From Cyanobacteria bacterium P01_A01_bin.123 (lineage in GTDB: Bacteria > Cyanobacteriota > Cyanobacteriia > Phormidesmidales > Phormidesmidaceae): a stretch of 64,000 bases of DNA. Position numbers and translations under genes: made by a program. Of this stretch, positions 9,608 through 20,582 are shown piece after piece. The stretch lies in NCBI GenBank assembly GCA_039815185.1, contig JBCBZT010000011.1:96001-160000 (forward strand), written 5' to 3'. The number at the start of each line of letters is the position of its first letter. Positions within the stretch are counted from its first letter, which is position 1. The notes beneath the pieces are model-generated. The model was given only the letters and a program-made list of their open reading frames with translations, had not been told where the DNA came from and did not search any database.

Positions 9608-10624
9608 ATGCTCTCCACCATCTACCTCGGCCTTAACCTCCACTCGCCTTTAGTCGTCGGTGCCTGTGGCCCCCTGACTGAAAATCTCAGTCACCTGCGT
9701 CAGATGGAGGACGCTGGAGCCGGGGCGATTGTTCTCCACTCTCTGTTTGAAGAACAGCTCCAGAAAGACAGCTTCGAGCTGGAATATTACCTAACTCAGA
9801 GCACCGAGAGTTACGCCGAAGCCCTCACCTACTTTCCCCATCAGCCCCTTTTCCATGTCAATGCTGAAACTTATCTAGACCATATCCAGGCAGCTAAGGC
9901 GATGGTCGATATTCCCATCATTGCTAGCCTCAACGGCAATACCCCCGGCGGTTGGACTGACTATGCCGAGCAGATTGAAGCCGCTGGGGCTGATGCTTTG
10001 GAGCTCAATATCTATGCCGTACCCACTAACCCCAACCAGACGGCAGCCCAGATTGAGCAGTCCTATCTCGACATCGTCCGAGCCGTAACCTATGCCGTTA
10101 ATATCCCTGTCGCTGTCAAACTCAGCCCCTATTTCACTAATCTGGCCAATTTTGCCCATCGACTCTCAAATGCTGGCGTTAATGGTCTGGTTCTATTCAA
10201 TCGGTTTTATCAACCCGACATTGACCTGGAAGCACTGGATGTCTCTCCCCACGCCTTGCTTAGTACGCCCCAAGATTTGCGCCTACCCCTGCGGTGGATT
10301 GCAATTTTGTACGGCACGTTGCCCTTAGATTTTGCCGCAACAGGTGGCGTTCATCGAGCTCAGGATGTGATCAAACTGTTGATGGCCGGCGCTAATGTTA
10401 CCCAGATGGTGAGTGCCCTGCTGCGTCACGGTATCGATCACCTGCATACCGTAGAAAAAGACATGCAAGGCTGGTTGCAAGAACACAGATATGACTCAAT
10501 TCAGGATCTCCAGGGCAGCATGAGTCAGATCTACTGCCCCGACCCTGGTGCTTTTGAACGCGCCCAATATGTCAAATCGATTCAGACCTATCAAAGGCAT
10601 CACTTGTCAGGAATGGCAGGTTGA
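9608..10624 (+). CDS. dihydroorotate dehydrogenase-like protein
   Basis: GAGAIVLHSLFEEQ, ELNIY, VKLSPY, LFNRFYQPDID; family usually found next to nifJ. Confidence 0.9.
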   Translation: MLSTIYLGLNLHSPLVVGACGPLTENLSHLRQMEDAGAGAIVLHSLFEEQLQKDSFELEYYLTQSTESYAEALTYFPHQPLFHVNAETYLDHIQAAKAMVDIPIIASLNGNTPGGWTDYAEQIEAAGADALELNIYAVPTNPNQTAAQIEQSYLDIVRAVTYAVNIPVAVKLSPYFTNLANFAHRLSNAGVNGLVLFNRFYQPDIDLEALDVSPHALLSTPQDLRLPLRWIAILYGTLPLDFAATGGVHRAQDVIKLLMAGANVTQMVSALLRHGIDHLHTVEKDMQGWLQEHRYDSIQDLQGSMSQIYCPDPGAFERAQYVKSIQTYQRHHLSGMAG

Positions 10625-10722
10625 AAAGAGACATCAAACATCAGCCCCCCTCTCCCCTCATCCCCCCAACCCTTTGAGAAACCGCTACCACATCTGTACC
10701 CCTCCCTCCCTCTCTCCTGCCC

Positions 10723-12051
10723 ATGCTCCCCTCAACCCTCCTCCCCAAGAAAATTGGCATTCTCACCAGCGGCGGCGACTGTCCTGGCCTCAATGCAGCC
10801 ATTCGAGCTGTCGTTAAATGTGCTACTGGGCGTGGTTGGGAAGTCTATGGCATTCCCTACGGGACACAAGGGTTCATCAACCTAGAACAGGGAAACTGCG
10901 GTGTTCAGGATTTGCGACTAAAAGACCACGGCTTCGACATTCCAGGTATGCTCCACGGTGTCGATATTCTCCAATTCTTGAGTGGCAGCATTCTTGGCGC
11001 ATTGAATAAAGGCGACCCTAGCGATCCCCATATTGCTCAAGAGATTCTCGATGGCTATCGGTTACTCGAACTCGATGCCCTAGTTACCCTGGGCGGTGAC
11101 GGCAGCCTCGACATTATTAATGATTTAGCCGAGCAGGGCAACTGGAACTGGATCGCGATTCCCAAAACAATTGATAACGACGTCCCATTTACTGAGCGCT
11201 GCCTCGGCTTCGATACGGCGGTCGATACGGTCACCCGCGCCCTCTATGACCTTACCTTTACCGCCGCTAGCCACAGTCGCATCATCGTGGTGCAGGTAAT
11301 GGGACGTGATGCCGGGCACCTGGCATTACAGGCTGGCATTGCCGGTGGTGCAGACGTGATTTTGATTCCAGAGCTGACTCCGAGAATTGATGACAGGATC
11401 CTTGATGGAATTTGCCAGCAGATTATGAAACTCCGACAGGCCGATCGTCAGTTTGCGTTGGTTGTCATTGCAGAAGGGGTTCACAATCAGACTGGGGTCA
11501 AAGAAAAATATATTGGCGATTACTTGGCCCAGCAGATTCAACACCATAGCAATCACCTTTGCCAGACGGGGTTGCCCGAATTCTGCTATGCAGAATACTT
11601 TGCCAATCGCTTGGCCCAGCAAATCCAATCCTACGGCAAACAACTGTGTCAGAATGGGTTGCCCGAACTTTGCTATCTCAAAAATTTAGAAACACGAGCC
11701 ACAACCCTAGGCCATATTCAGCGCAGCAGCGTGCCATCCTCCTTTGATCGTCTGCTCGCCGCCGCCTTTGGTCGCAAGGCGGTTGAGTTGATTGCAGCGG
11801 AACAATATCAGCAATTAGTGATTTGGGCCCAGGGTCGGGTCGAGAGCAAACCCCTTGACGCGGTAATGCCGTTAATTAAGCAGCGGCATCAAGCCCATCG
11901 TTGTCCCAGCCCAGTAGAACCTGACGATTCTTGGGTGCAGACAGCCCGTGATTTAGGGATTTATATGGGCGACCCTGTGGATTTATCGATAGACAGGTCG
12001 GCTTTGATCACCCTCCCTTCCGAGGCAACAGGGCATGAAATATGTCAATGA
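10723..12051 (+). CDS. pfkA: 6-phosphofructokinase, PfkA family (copy 1)
   Basis: [35 protein letters not shown]. Confidence 0.93.
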   Translation: MLPSTLLPKKIGILTSGGDCPGLNAAIRAVVKCATGRGWEVYGIPYGTQGFINLEQGNCGVQDLRLKDHGFDIPGMLHGVDILQFLSGSILGALNKGDPSDPHIAQEILDGYRLLELDALVTLGGDGSLDIINDLAEQGNWNWIAIPKTIDNDVPFTERCLGFDTAVDTVTRALYDLTFTAASHSRIIVVQVMGRDAGHLALQAGIAGGADVILIPELTPRIDDRILDGICQQIMKLRQADRQFALVVIAEGVHNQTGVKEKYIGDYLAQQIQHHSNHLCQTGLPEFCYAEYFANRLAQQIQSYGKQLCQNGLPELCYLKNLETRATTLGHIQRSSVPSSFDRLLAAAFGRKAVELIAAEQYQQLVIWAQGRVESKPLDAVMPLIKQRHQAHRCPSPVEPDDSWVQTARDLGIYMGDPVDLSIDRSALITLPSEATGHEICQ

Positions 12052-13135
12052 GTATCGTGATGAAACACTCGTTCAAGAGTATGTCAGGGCGATCGCATCG
12101 CTGATCACCCAACCCTGGACCCTGATGGAAATTTGTGGCGGCCAGACCCACACCATCGTTAAATATGGCCTCGACCAACTGCTGCCTGCCGAAATCACGT
12201 TGATTCATGGGCCTGGCTGTCCGGTCTGTGTTACCGATACTGCCCTGATCGATCAAGCACTTACTCTAGCAGCCCAACCCGACATCATCTTTTGCTCCTA
12301 TGGCGATATGTTGCGGGTGCCAGGTACCGCCACGGATTTACTGAGTGTTAAGGCTCAGGGCGGTGACGTGCGAATCGTCTACTCTCCTCTAGATGCTTTA
12401 GCCTTGGCCCGCAGTCACCCAGACCGAGAGGTGGTGTTTTTTGCCGTTGGGTTTGAAACCACCGCCCCAGCTACGGCTATGGCAGTCTACCAGGCTCATC
12501 AGCAACAAATTGAGAACTTTTCAGTGTTAATTGCCCATGTGCTTGTTCCCCCAGCAATGGAGGCGATTTTGGCCTCCCCTGACTGTCGGGTGCAGGGCTT
12601 TTTAGCGGCTGGTCATGTTTGTACAGTAATGGGATATGGAGAGTACCATGCGATCGCCCATAAGTATCATGTCCCTATTGTGGTGACTGGCTTTGAACCT
12701 GTTGATATCTTGCAAGGTGTTTATCTCTGTTTACAACAGCTAGAAGCAGGATGTGCTGAGATTGACAATCAATATGCTCGATCTGTTCAAGCCCAAGGCA
12801 ATCTGCTGGCACAACACCTCATGGAGCAGGTTTTTCAGATTGTTCCTCGAGTGTGGCGGGGGCTGGGCAGTCTGACCCAGAGTGGCTTAGGACTTAAGAA
12901 ACCCTATGATTACCTGGATGTCCAGGTGCGGTTTGCAGACCGACTTCGCTTCCAGACTGATCTCCTGAGTGTGGATAACACCTGCATTAGCGGTCTCGTG
13001 TTGCAGGGTTTGAAAAAGCCCCGTGACTGTCCTGCCTTTGGAACGCGTTGCCGCCCCGAACATCCCCTTGGGGCTCCAATGGTGTCTTCGGAGGGAGCCT
13101 GTGCAGCCTACTATCGCTATCGCTCAGCGTCATAA
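12035..13135 (+). CDS. hypD: hydrogenase maturation protein HypD
   Basis: [33 protein letters not shown]. Confidence 0.97.
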   Translation: MKYVNEYRDETLVQEYVRAIASLITQPWTLMEICGGQTHTIVKYGLDQLLPAEITLIHGPGCPVCVTDTALIDQALTLAAQPDIIFCSYGDMLRVPGTATDLLSVKAQGGDVRIVYSPLDALALARSHPDREVVFFAVGFETTAPATAMAVYQAHQQQIENFSVLIAHVLVPPAMEAILASPDCRVQGFLAAGHVCTVMGYGEYHAIAHKYHVPIVVTGFEPVDILQGVYLCLQQLEAGCAEIDNQYARSVQAQGNLLAQHLMEQVFQIVPRVWRGLGSLTQSGLGLKKPYDYLDVQVRFADRLRFQTDLLSVDNTCISGLVLQGLKKPRDCPAFGTRCRPEHPLGAPMVSSEGACAAYYRYRSAS

Positions 13136-13143
13136 GTTCCTCG
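13130..13143 (+). promoter_or_regulatory. degenerate island box overlapping hypD stop, no -10
   Basis: TCATAAGTTCCTCG; TAA 13133-13135 is the hypD stop. Confidence 0.45.
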
Positions 13144-13199
13144 CCTTTTTTCGTTTTGGAGGTGAAGCTGAGTTCTGTGGATGCCCCATCCATATCCAC

Positions 13200-13733
13200 A
13201 TGTTTAAGGCTCAGATAATCTTTATTTCATAAGTTGTAACTGGTGTTGCGTTAGTTATAGGATACTTTGGATTTACTAGCCTTTACCAAATACCTAAAGC
13301 TGTTAAAGATGCTGTGCCAGAGGTAATTAATCGTGCCCTGCCAAGAGCTGTTGAAGAAGCAGTTCCAGGGGCAGTTCAAAGCCATTTAGATAGTCAATTT
13401 GGAGATGAATTTAAAGAAATTATAAGAGAGACTGAAAAAACAGTAAGTGTTGCTGTAACGAATACAGCAGAAAGTGCTGAGGAAGCACAAAATCTTGCCA
13501 ATGAATTAAAAGCTCTCGTCGATGAATTAAAGACCAAATCTGAACCATTCACAGCAGCTAATCACGGCTATAGCCAATGTGAGTGGGTTGAAGTGGGCTA
13601 TGACAAGAGTCATGAAAGTACTGAAGACTGGTGTGCAGAAGGATTCTTTATTACCCAGCTCGATTTGAGCGGCGGAGAACGCCCCCCAGGTAGTTGGCCT
13701 GTTGTAGGACAAGCTCTATGCTGTTCACCGTAA
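13200..13733 (+). pseudogene. AT-rich hypothetical gene with premature stop
   Basis: ATG 13200 is in frame with ORF 13314-13733 but TAA at 13230-13232 interrupts a hydrophobic N-terminus; Cys-rich C-terminus. Confidence 0.45.
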
Positions 13734-13780
13734 GGCTCTCAGATCGCGCTTTTAGCCAAAACATCAAGTCTTGACATACC

Positions 13781-14416
13781 CTAAGTATTGCAAATCAAGT
13801 ATTCGCAAGTCCCCACAGTCATCCACTGCTCTAGCACCTCTGAGGAGATTATCAGGGTAGCTGGGGAGCCCGCTTGCATGGGAATTGCTAACTGCAGCGA
13901 TCGCTCATTTTTGAGCTCAGGTAGTAGGGCCTGAATATCATACTGGCAACCAATCGGCTCAGGTAGCACACCGATGAAAAATTGGCGCGTCACATTGGGT
14001 GCGCTGAGTTGCTTATCCAAGACCAGGTTGAGAATCAAGGGTTGGGTTGCATCAAGATGGATAGTCTGCGACTGCGTGATAAGCCGTAAATCAACCCCCC
14101 GACGCCTGCCTTCCATTTGCTTTAAGACGGTCACCTGCCAGAGGTTGCCGTCTGTATCTGGCAAGACGTGTTGGGCTTGATAGACCCACTGATCAGCGTC
14201 TTCTAAAAGCTTTACTTTAGCTAGGGCAACCGGAGTAGACCACCCAACGATCAGCAATAGCGTTAGCCCTAGGATCACGAGCAGCTTCGCCAGCGTTTTG
14301 CAGAGACGAGGCTGCATCGTTATGTGGAGAATTGTCGAAACTGCTGCACTGATCAGGCTTGCAGACTGACGGGTCAGCTTTCTCGCGATCGCGAGAAAGC
14401 TAAGAAGTCGTTTCAT
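13781..14416 (-). CDS. DUF3122-like exported protein
   Basis: Signal/TM then VYQAQHVLPDTDGNLWQVTVLK..LRL pattern of cyanobacterial DUF3122; start uncertain. Confidence 0.65.
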   Translation of the reverse strand: MKRLLSFLAIARKLTRQSASLISAAVSTILHITMQPRLCKTLAKLLVILGLTLLLIVGWSTPVALAKVKLLEDADQWVYQAQHVLPDTDGNLWQVTVLKQMEGRRRGVDLRLITQSQTIHLDATQPLILNLVLDKQLSAPNVTRQFFIGVLPEPIGCQYDIQALLPELKNERSLQLAIPMQAGSPATLIISSEVLEQWMTVGTCEYLICNT

Positions 14417-16370
14417 AGTGCCTGTCTCCTCCCAAATAGCTCAATAGCGGTTGGAGGCTATGCCCTTCCTGATTTAACCAGGCGGTTAGATCAGCTGGGG
14501 GCCGGATCTCCGCCAAGAAAGCTTTTAGAGTTTTGCCTTCAAGACTTTCTGTGTCGAGGAGAGTTTGGGCAATACGCTCCAGAACATCCCGGTTTCGCAT
14601 CAAAATCTCTAGCGCCATCTGATGGGCTTGATCAATGAGATCCTTAATCTCACCGTCGATTACCTCTGACAGTTGAGGACTTACTGTCCGTCGCGGTTGT
14701 GACAACCCCTCCAAAAATTGCGACTGATTGCGATCAACCGCAACCGGGCCGAGGGTTTTGCTCATGCCATAGAGGGTGATGCAACGTTCAGCCAGATCAG
14801 TCGCCTTTTGAATATCATCACTGGCTCCCGTAGAAACTTTGCTAAATACCAGTTCCTCAGCTGCTCGCCCGCCGAGCAAGGTGGCTAATCGACCTCGAAT
14901 TTCATCTTCGATCATCAAAAACCGATCATCTTCTGGAAGCTGCAATGTGTAACCCAAAGCAGCTACCCCACGAGGCACAATTGAAATCTTCTCAACAATG
15001 CCAGCCCCAGGCATCAACGCGCCAACGATGGCATGGCCCGCTTCGTGATAAGCCACCGTGCGTTTTTCAAGCTCGTTGAGGATGCGTGATTTTTTCTCTA
15101 ACCCGGTAAGGATGCGCTCAATCGCCTCATTAAAATCGGCCAGGGTGACTGCGACTCGATTCTTGCGGGCCGCCAGCAGTGCCGCTTCATTCACCAAATT
15201 GGCCAGATCGGCACCCGCAAAACCGGGGGTACGGGCAGCCAGTTTGTCCAACACGACATCGTTAGCTAACTGGACATTTTTGGCATGCACCTGCAAAATG
15301 GCTGCTCGCCCCTGGCGATCGGGGCGGTCTACCACAATCCGTCGGTCAAATCGCCCTGCTCGCAGCAGCGCTGGATCGAGGACTTCAGGTCGGTTAGTCG
15401 CGGCCAGTAAAATCACCCCAGCATTGGGTTCAAAGCCATCCATCTCCGCCAGGAGTTGATTGAGGGTTTGTTCCCGTTCATCATTGCCTGCAAAGGGACC
15501 ATTGGCCGTGCGAGATTTGCCCAATGCATCTAGCTCATCAATGAAGACAATGCAGGGGGCTTGCTGCTTTGCCTGCTCAAACAGATCGCGCACCCGAGAT
15601 GCCCCGACCCCGACAAAGAGTTCAATAAATTCCGATGCAGAAATGCTAAAGAAAGGAACCGCTGCTTCTCCGGCGATCGCCCGCGCCAGTAGGGTTTTGC
15701 CCGTGCCTGGTGGCCCAACTAGCAAAACACCTTTGGGAATTTTGGCACCCAACCGCGTATACTTCGCCGCATTTCTCAAAAAGTCAACAATTTCTTGCAG
15801 CTCGGCTTTGGCCTCATCCACCCCCGCCACATCGTCAAAGGTGATACGGGTGCCCCCCTCTGAATAAATTCGTGCTTTGCTTTTACCCACATTGAGGGCA
15901 GCAGGCCCAGCCTGTGCTCGATTGGTAACCAAGTTCCAGATCAGCCACAGCATCACCAGCGGAAAGAGCAGTCCCATGAGACCACCTAGCCAGCCGCCGC
16001 TCTCAGCGGGTAAAGCGGTAATCTCAACCTCATGATTTCGAAGAATACGGGGTAAGTCTGCGTCTGCTGGCAGGGGGGTAGTAATCTGGGTTTCTGGTGC
16101 AGACGCTTCGCCGACATCAATGGCGGCAGGCGTTGTTTTGAGGGTGTACTCAATGCGGTTAGTCCCCACTTTAGCCGTGGCCACTTGACCACTTTCGACT
16201 TGATCAATAAATTCGCTGTAGGGTATTTCCGCTTGGCGCGGCACCCGAGTTATCGTCAGCATGATTAAAACCAGCCATATGAGCATCAAAGCTAGGCGGC
16301 TAATTTTCCTGACGCTAGATGGATCTTCTTCAGGAGTATTGGAACGACGTCTCAGGGGATGGTTTGGCAT
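14400..16370 (-). CDS. ftsH: ATP-dependent zinc metalloprotease FtsH
   Basis: Two TMs, GPPGTGKT Walker A, FIDELD Walker B, SRH, HEAGH zinc motif. Confidence 0.97.
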   Translation of the reverse strand: MPNHPLRRRSNTPEEDPSSVRKISRLALMLIWLVLIMLTITRVPRQAEIPYSEFIDQVESGQVATAKVGTNRIEYTLKTTPAAIDVGEASAPETQITTPLPADADLPRILRNHEVEITALPAESGGWLGGLMGLLFPLVMLWLIWNLVTNRAQAGPAALNVGKSKARIYSEGGTRITFDDVAGVDEAKAELQEIVDFLRNAAKYTRLGAKIPKGVLLVGPPGTGKTLLARAIAGEAAVPFFSISASEFIELFVGVGASRVRDLFEQAKQQAPCIVFIDELDALGKSRTANGPFAGNDEREQTLNQLLAEMDGFEPNAGVILLAATNRPEVLDPALLRAGRFDRRIVVDRPDRQGRAAILQVHAKNVQLANDVVLDKLAARTPGFAGADLANLVNEAALLAARKNRVAVTLADFNEAIERILTGLEKKSRILNELEKRTVAYHEAGHAIVGALMPGAGIVEKISIVPRGVAALGYTLQLPEDDRFLMIEDEIRGRLATLLGGRAAEELVFSKVSTGASDDIQKATDLAERCITLYGMSKTLGPVAVDRNQSQFLEGLSQPRRTVSPQLSEVIDGEIKDLIDQAHQMALEILMRNRDVLERIAQTLLDTESLEGKTLKAFLAEIRPPADLTAWLNQEGHSLQPLLSYLGGDRHYETTS

Positions 16371-16408
16371 ATGACTGACGGATGAGCAATAACGCCTGAT
16401 AGCCTTTC

Positions 16409-16442
16409 GGCCAAAAAGGCTTATGTATAAGCCTTTTTGGCC
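16409..16442. other. perfect 16-bp-arm palindrome in ftsH leader
   Basis: GGCCAAAAAGGCTTAT-GT-ATAAGCCTTTTTGGCC. Confidence 0.85.
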
Positions 16443-16466
16443 AGGATTTATTGGTTGACTGTCTTT

Positions 16467-16497
16467 AGTGTAGAGATCAGATTTGGGGAACTTATGA
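16467..16497 (-). promoter_or_regulatory. island box + -10 (ftsH)
   Basis: Minus strand TCATAAGTTCCCCA (16497-16484), 11 nt, TACACT (16472-16467). Confidence 0.8.
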
Positions 16498-16552
16498 GTA
16501 CAGTGAGGTTCCAGCGCCTCCTCTTGTGATGTAGTGCTAGAAACTCAAGTTT

Positions 16553-18910
16553 TCAAGTCGAATATTGTTTGTAGCTATCAAGCCTATTCATGGGGACGTT
16601 ACTACTCCGTTGGTAGTCTTCAAACGTAAACGCATCAACTTGAATGACATCATTGCGAGCAACATCGGCCTCGCACACCAGCTTTATTTCTGCCCCGCTA
16701 ATAATCCCACTTTCACAGGCTAGAGTCAGCAGTTCCTGAGGTTTTCTGTCCGGTAACCGACCTTCCCGGCTAGCCTGCTTGACTTTCTGGAGCACTGCTT
16801 TTGCCCGATGGATCAACTTGAATGCCTGTTCCAGACGGCCTAAGGATTGGTGCGGATCGGTGGGTATATGAATGCCTACCGTCAGGCGATCGCGAGCTGG
16901 CCCCGGTTCTTGTAGCTCCCGAGCCACCTGACTCCCCAACGCATCAGCGGGTAGCTGACTGATTGGATTGAGGCGGAGCATAGGTAGTCCAACCCACCGC
17001 AGCACAGATCCCAATATTGGTACTTGCAGATTCTCTAAAATGCCTTCGACAGCCGGGGACAGCTGAGCTAGGGCATACTGTAGACTCCAATGGATCGAGG
17101 GCAGATCCTCAGGGCGTTGTCCTTCTGCTTCAAAGCGCCGTAGCGTAGCCGTGGCTAAATACATCCAAGACAGCAGATCCGCAAACCGTCCGGTGAGTTT
17201 CTCCTGACGCTTCAAACTGCCACCATAGGTCAACAGCACCACATCGGTCAGAAATGCAAAGATGGCAGAAGCCCAAGTCAGTTTACGGTAGTAATGGGCT
17301 GTTTCCCCCTTCACGGGTGCGGGAACCAGTGCTCCTCGCGTCAGCGTCAAGAGTCCACTCCGCAATCCATTGCTGATCAGAGCACCCAGGTGAGGCCAAA
17401 GGAGTCGATCAAAGGCTGCCACATCCCCCGTACTCAATGCCTGAATTTCTCCATAGACATAGGGATGGCAGCGAATTGCTCCCTGACCAAAAATCATCAG
17501 ACTGCGGGTGAGAATATTAGCCCCTTCTACCGTGATGGCGATGGGCATGGCCGTGTACACATTGGCCAGCAAGTTGCGGGGGCCCCGGCAGATGCCTGCA
17601 CCACCGAGAATATCCATGCCATCTAAGACAATCCGGCGAGCCAGCTCTGTGGTGGTATATTTAGCGATCGCCGACACCACCGCAGGCTGTTTCCCATCAT
17701 CCACAGCGCCACAGGTATAAAGGCGCACCGCATCCAGCATATAGGTGAGTCCGCCAATCCGCGCCAGCGGCTCTTCCACCCCGCCAAATCGGCCAATGGA
17801 GGTGCCAAATTGTTGACGAATCAGGCTGTAATCGCCTGTGACCCGCGCCACCAGTTTGCCGACCCCCGTACAGCTAGCTGGGAAACTAACGCCGCGCCCT
17901 GCCGCCAAAGCTTGCATCAGCATTTTCCAACCCTGCCCAGCTTGGGCCACACCGCCGATAATATGGTCGATAGGCAAAATTACATCACGACCTTCTGTTG
18001 GAGAATTGTAGAAAGGCACACCCATAGGGTCGTGACGGTGGTCAATCACAACGCCAGGGGTGTCGGTGGGCACCAATGCACAGGTAATGCCCACATCCTT
18101 GCCCTTACCCAATAGGTTTTGGGGATCTCGCAGGCGGAAGGCTAACCCTAGCAACGTCGCGATCGTGCCTAGGGTGATATATCGCTTCTTCCAGTTCAAC
18201 CGCAGATAGAGCTTGCCGTCGTCACCACGAAAGACTTCTCCATGGGAGGTAAGACTAGCTGCATCAGAACCGGCATGGGGTTCCGTCAGCGCAAAACAGG
18301 GAATTTCTTCCCCAATGGCGAGGCGGGGTAGATAGCGGGCCTTTTGTTCTGGTGTGCCGTAGCGCAGCAACAGCTTGGCAGGCCCCAGGGAATTGGTCAC
18401 CCCCACCGTGGCGATATGGGTAAACGAGCGGGAAGCCAGTTTGACCATCACAGCACTATAGGCCAAGTTGGAGAATCCTAAGCCGCCATACTCTTTGGGA
18501 ATCATCATGCCCAAGAATCGCTCATGCTTGAGAAATTTCCACAATTCCGGTGGCAGATCCTTACGTTGGTAAATTTCCCAATCGGTTGCCATTTCGCAAG
18601 CTTTTTCCACCGGCCCTGCCAAAAAGGCTTGGATATCTGGCGGTAGCTGGGGATAGCTAGCGTCCAGGATGCGGCGGAAGTTAGGCCGACCCGTGAAGAA
18701 CTCCTGCTCCACCCAGGCGTTGCCTGCTTCAATGGCTGCTCGTTCGGTTTTGGAGATTTTTGGGAGTAGTTTGAAGGTTGCGATCGCTTTGACGATCCAA
18801 ACCGTGATCAGGCTCCGGCGGAGGATTGGCAAGGTGAGAATTAGGGTGAGGGTGGCAATGACGGCAATTGCGGTGAGGAGGGGGGGGGAGATGGGGAGGA
18901 TGAGAGGCAT
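16553..18910 (-). CDS. fadE: acyl-CoA dehydrogenase, long FadE type
   Basis: ISKTERAAIEAG, CFALTEPHAGSDA, RQQFG, ITVEGANILTR; 785 aa with FadE C-terminal extension. Confidence 0.92.
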   Translation of the reverse strand: MPLILPISPPLLTAIAVIATLTLILTLPILRRSLITVWIVKAIATFKLLPKISKTERAAIEAGNAWVEQEFFTGRPNFRRILDASYPQLPPDIQAFLAGPVEKACEMATDWEIYQRKDLPPELWKFLKHERFLGMMIPKEYGGLGFSNLAYSAVMVKLASRSFTHIATVGVTNSLGPAKLLLRYGTPEQKARYLPRLAIGEEIPCFALTEPHAGSDAASLTSHGEVFRGDDGKLYLRLNWKKRYITLGTIATLLGLAFRLRDPQNLLGKGKDVGITCALVPTDTPGVVIDHRHDPMGVPFYNSPTEGRDVILPIDHIIGGVAQAGQGWKMLMQALAAGRGVSFPASCTGVGKLVARVTGDYSLIRQQFGTSIGRFGGVEEPLARIGGLTYMLDAVRLYTCGAVDDGKQPAVVSAIAKYTTTELARRIVLDGMDILGGAGICRGPRNLLANVYTAMPIAITVEGANILTRSLMIFGQGAIRCHPYVYGEIQALSTGDVAAFDRLLWPHLGALISNGLRSGLLTLTRGALVPAPVKGETAHYYRKLTWASAIFAFLTDVVLLTYGGSLKRQEKLTGRFADLLSWMYLATATLRRFEAEGQRPEDLPSIHWSLQYALAQLSPAVEGILENLQVPILGSVLRWVGLPMLRLNPISQLPADALGSQVARELQEPGPARDRLTVGIHIPTDPHQSLGRLEQAFKLIHRAKAVLQKVKQASREGRLPDRKPQELLTLACESGIISGAEIKLVCEADVARNDVIQVDAFTFEDYQRSSNVPMNRLDSYKQYST

Positions 18911-18970
18911 GGTGGGGTCTCCGGGGTGAATGATTTGGGAAAGATGAGGAGAGTAAAGAAGATAGGGTAG

Positions 18971-19354
18971 ATGAGGGAGATGGGGTTAATCAGAAGCCAT
19001 GAGGGTCTGGCAATCTATCAGTTGGCGTTTGGGGCGGCGATGGAGATTTTTAGGGTGACGAAGGTGTTTCCGGTGGAGGAGCGATACTCATTGACGGATC
19101 AGATGCGGCGATCGTCCCGTTCGGTTTGTGCCAACATGGCGGAGGCTTGGCGAAAGCGACGGTATCAGCGAGCTTTTATTTCAAAACTGAGCGATTGTGA
19201 AGCGGAAGCAGCTGAGACCCAAGTATGGTTAAAGTTTGCTGTCAAATGTCAGTATCTAGATCGAGACCAAGCGAAAGCACTCTACAGTACCTACAATCAA
19301 ATCCTCAGTGGCCTAGTCCAACTCATCAACAACCCTAAAACCTGGCTTCTATAA
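18971..19354 (+). CDS. four-helix-bundle protein (23S rRNA IVS-protein-like family)
   Basis: FPVEERYSLTDQMRRSSRSVCANMAEAWRKR..EAAETQVWL signature; opposite strand to flanking operon. Confidence 0.9.
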   Translation: MREMGLIRSHEGLAIYQLAFGAAMEIFRVTKVFPVEERYSLTDQMRRSSRSVCANMAEAWRKRRYQRAFISKLSDCEAEAAETQVWLKFAVKCQYLDRDQAKALYSTYNQILSGLVQLINNPKTWLL

Positions 19355-19376
19355 AATCGCTTCCCCACCTTCCCCA

Positions 19377-20579
19377 TCACCCCATCACCTCAAACACTCC
19401 CGCCGCCCCCATGCCACCCCCAACACACATTGTCACCAGGCCATACTGCACGCCTCGGCGCTTCATCTCATGAAGCAAGGTGGCGGTGAGTTTTGCACCT
19501 GTGCAGGCCAGAGGATGCCCGGTGGCGATCGCGCCGCCGTTGACGTTAACGATGTCCTGATTCAGGCCGAGTTCGCGGATGACGGCGAGGGACTGGGCAG
19601 CGAAGGCTTCGTTAAGTTCGATTAGGCCGATATCTGCTAGTGTGAGGCCGACTTGTTTGAGCACTTTGGGAATGGCGGTGACGGGGCCGATGCCCATGAT
19701 TTCTGGGGCAACGCCGGTGACAGCGAAGCCCAAGAGTCTGCCTATGGGCTGAATTCCCAGGGCTTTAACGCGCGCCCCGCTCATAACAACACAAGCGGCT
19801 GCCCCGTCGGAGGTTTGAGAGGAATTCCCTGCGGTCACGCTGCCATCGGCCCGGAAGACGGGTTTGAGTTGCGCTAGAGCATCCAGGCTAGTGTCACTGC
19901 GGGGGCCTTCGTCGGTGTCGAAGACAAATTCCTGGGTGACGGGTTTGCCATCGATCTGTTGGCTGTGTTGTACAGTGACAGGGATAATTTCGTCTTTGAA
20001 GCGCCCGGCAGCGATCGCGGCTAAGGCCTTTTGATGGGATCTCAGGGCAAAGGCGTCTTGATCGGCGCGGTCAATGTGAAATTGCTCGGCTACCTTTTCT
20101 GCCGTCAGTCCCATGGGGATGTAGGTCGCTGGCATATCTGCCCACAGTTGGGGGTCGGGTAAGAAATGGTGTCCTCCCATGGGAATCAAACTCATGGATT
20201 CGGTGCCCCCGGCCAGAATCACGTCCGCTTGACCCCAGGCCACGGCTTGGGTGGCCATGGCAATGGTTTGCAATCCAGAGGAGCACAGTCGATTGACGGT
20301 GCAACCGGGGACGGTGTCGGGGAGTCCAGCCCGCAGCGCCACAAGTCGGCCTAGGTTAAAGCCTTGTTCCGCCTCGGGCATGGCACAGCCCATGATCACA
20401 TCTTCGACATCATTGGCCGTTAGACCTTGAACCCGCTGTAGGGCACCGCGTAGGGCAACGGCTCCTAAATCTTCGGGGCGAGTGTTTTTTAGCGTGCCTC
20501 GGGGTGCTTTACCGACAGCCGTACGCACGCTGCTGACAATGTAGGCGTTGCCAGGGGTTGTCCGGATAGTCTCTTTCAT
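19377..20579 (-). CDS. fadA: acetyl-CoA C-acyltransferase (3-ketoacyl-CoA thiolase)
   Basis: [30 protein letters not shown] catalytic motifs. Confidence 0.95.
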   Translation of the reverse strand: MKETIRTTPGNAYIVSSVRTAVGKAPRGTLKNTRPEDLGAVALRGALQRVQGLTANDVEDVIMGCAMPEAEQGFNLGRLVALRAGLPDTVPGCTVNRLCSSGLQTIAMATQAVAWGQADVILAGGTESMSLIPMGGHHFLPDPQLWADMPATYIPMGLTAEKVAEQFHIDRADQDAFALRSHQKALAAIAAGRFKDEIIPVTVQHSQQIDGKPVTQEFVFDTDEGPRSDTSLDALAQLKPVFRADGSVTAGNSSQTSDGAAACVVMSGARVKALGIQPIGRLLGFAVTGVAPEIMGIGPVTAIPKVLKQVGLTLADIGLIELNEAFAAQSLAVIRELGLNQDIVNVNGGAIATGHPLACTGAKLTATLLHEMKRRGVQYGLVTMCVGGGMGAAGVFEVMG

Positions 20580-20582
20580 GAC

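Noticed and set aside
18971..19354. Diversity-generating retroelement (Avd-like gene)
   Set aside because: No reverse transcriptase and no template/variable repeat pair seen.
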